Assembly: GCA_048128005.1 (NCBI GenBank)
Contig: JBEUKZ010000079.1
Span: 62,001-126,000, forward strand
Direction of reading: 5' to 3'
DNA: 64,000 nt
From: Veleropilina oligotropha
Taxonomy: Eukaryota
The position numbers were made by a program, and so were the translations under genes. The notes beneath the pieces were generated by a model that worked only from the letters and a program-made list of their open reading frames with translations, was not told the origin of the DNA and made no database searches. Position 1 is the first letter of the stretch. Every line of letters begins with the position of its first letter. Shown in pieces: positions 62,330 to 64,000 of this stretch.

Positions 62330-64000
62330 AGCTTCTCAACATCAACTTCCACTCGTTATGTGGCAAAGTCGCCGAAATCAATCACGTTATAATGAGACTG
62401 AAACCTGATGTCATAATGGGGACAGAAACATCTCCCGATTTTGCTACCAGCGAGACTTTCCCCTCCAACTATAAAGTCTCCAGGAAGGATAAAAATAGAA
62501 ATGGCGCCGGTATCATCATGGCAGTATCCGATTATCTGGTATGCACGGAGGAACCAGACCTAGCAAGCCCTGACTGTGAAACAATATGGGCGGAAATAAG
62601 ATGCGGAGAAGGAAGCAAATTATTGTACAGGCCGGATGTTAGGAACGAAGGGGGCATGAGAAGTATGGCAGATTCGTTGGGGCTAGCTAGTCTGTTACTC
62701 CCAGAACTCAATAATCATCATCGGTGGCGATTACAACTAATCATGAAGCGACTGGATCAAGGTGTTGTAGAGAAGTACACGTTACCCTGGTCTCCATCAA
62801 GAGTTCCGAGATATTATTGATGCCCAAGGTCTAGGACAAATTTCAGAGATGTCAACCAGAGGGAAAACACCCTTGGCCTTGTCCTGACTAAATAGCCCAA
62901 CTTGTTTCCCCGTTTAGAGACAGCCCCTGGTATCTCTGACCATTCTATCGTCTATGCTGAACTCAAGATCCAGCCGTCAAGGATGTGTCAAAAGGAACGA
63001 ATTGCGCCCTGCTACAAGAAGACTTATTTCGATGGTATACGTGCTTCCGCCCGAACTAGCAGATACAATTATATATTCCAACCATTACGACCAGGTCTCA
63101 ACAAATGTAATCAACAGTTGGTGCCGCACACGAAGCTTGATTTCAGAAGACGCAAACCATGGCTTAACTTCGGAACTGTGAAACCAATCAAGAGCGACAT
63201 AATCCACAAGAAGATAAAGAAGACGGACAGAGTGGACCTCAACGAAGCTTTCAAGGTCCAAAGAGGCAGGTCAGACAAAATATTCACGGAACTTACTGAT
63301 CATGGAAGACTCTGCAGAACAACCACAGAAAACCAAGAAATTTTGATTATTCATGCGGGTGAGACAGAATGAACATTCTGGAGTTTCACCTCTCAAAGTT
63401 GCTCGGAAACTGATGACCGATGACCTGAGTCAGGAATTCCAATCTGCATTCAGTTCAAAAGAGGAACTAACTGAATATGAATTTTAACAGAGATGTGATA
63501 TCCCCGAACTAGATGCGAATCTTCCTCTCTGTGAAGATGTCCATGTATAAAGCTGGAGTAGAGAAACTGCCGCATGACCACGAACCACCCAAGGCAAGCA
63601 GTAACTCACTCCTCATCACATCCATGGTATCACTCCTCGGATCATAAAAGAAGTGGCAACTGAGATAGCCCAGGTGCGATAGCCCAGGTGCTCACCCTAC
63701 TCTATCAGACGTCTCTGGATACCAGCCAGAAAACAGTCAACATATGCCCAGTTTTCAAGAAAGGAGACCGATATAAATCTGATAACTGCCAACCTATATC
63801 GCTTATCAGCTTCTCGAACATATCCCCGTCAGCACGATAATGGGGCACTGTAGTCATTGAAACAACAACTGCCCTCAACAACATGGCTTTTGAAGCGGCC
63901 ACTCATGTGAAACTCAAGTCATGGGCTTCGTGGATGAAATGTAACTAAGACGTTGAAGCATGGGAATCAAGAAGACCTGGGCCCAAGATTATAGAGAAAC
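62330..64000 (+). pseudogene. Decayed non-LTR retrotransposon ORF2 (APE endonuclease, start of reverse transcriptase), CR1/L2/Jockey-type
   Basis: LLNINFHSL...KPDVIMGTET...RKDKNRNGAGI, a frameshifted GDYN-like motif at ~62725, GISDHSIV, and CPVFKKGDRYKSDNCQPISL at ~63745-63805. Many frameshifts and stops. Runs off the window. Confidence 0.88.

Overview
Eukaryotic, probably animal, repeat-rich DNA in three blocks. (1) 1-7067: the right part of a GC-rich, intron-free integrated element of Polinton/Maverick-like type. It encodes a DDE (rve) integrase, small hydrophobic and Cys-rich ORFs, and an unusual replicase (~1290 aa, split by a 1-nt frameshift) with helix-extension-helix, OTU-like, degenerate PolB-palm, SF1 (RecD/Pif1-like) helicase and HNH-like modules. 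It ends in a repetitive terminus reading 5'-AGCAGCAG on the minus strand and is inserted in a host repeat. (2) 7068-61096: a ~54 kb AT-rich, single-orientation array that looks like a ~1 kb satellite. It is built of non-autonomous Helentron-type (HINE/DINE-1-like) elements of three subfamilies. Stacked 5' heads, matched head/tail types and two exact filled/empty site pairs indicate that copies inserted into the (ATT)n tract of earlier copies (nested growth). Kb-scale segmental duplications, deletions and a foldback filler were added later. (3) ~61540-64000: a degenerate interspersed repeat and a decayed non-LTR retrotransposon (APE plus start of RT). No host genes, RNA genes or CRISPR arrays were recognised. 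All calls come from reading motifs by eye and no database search was run.
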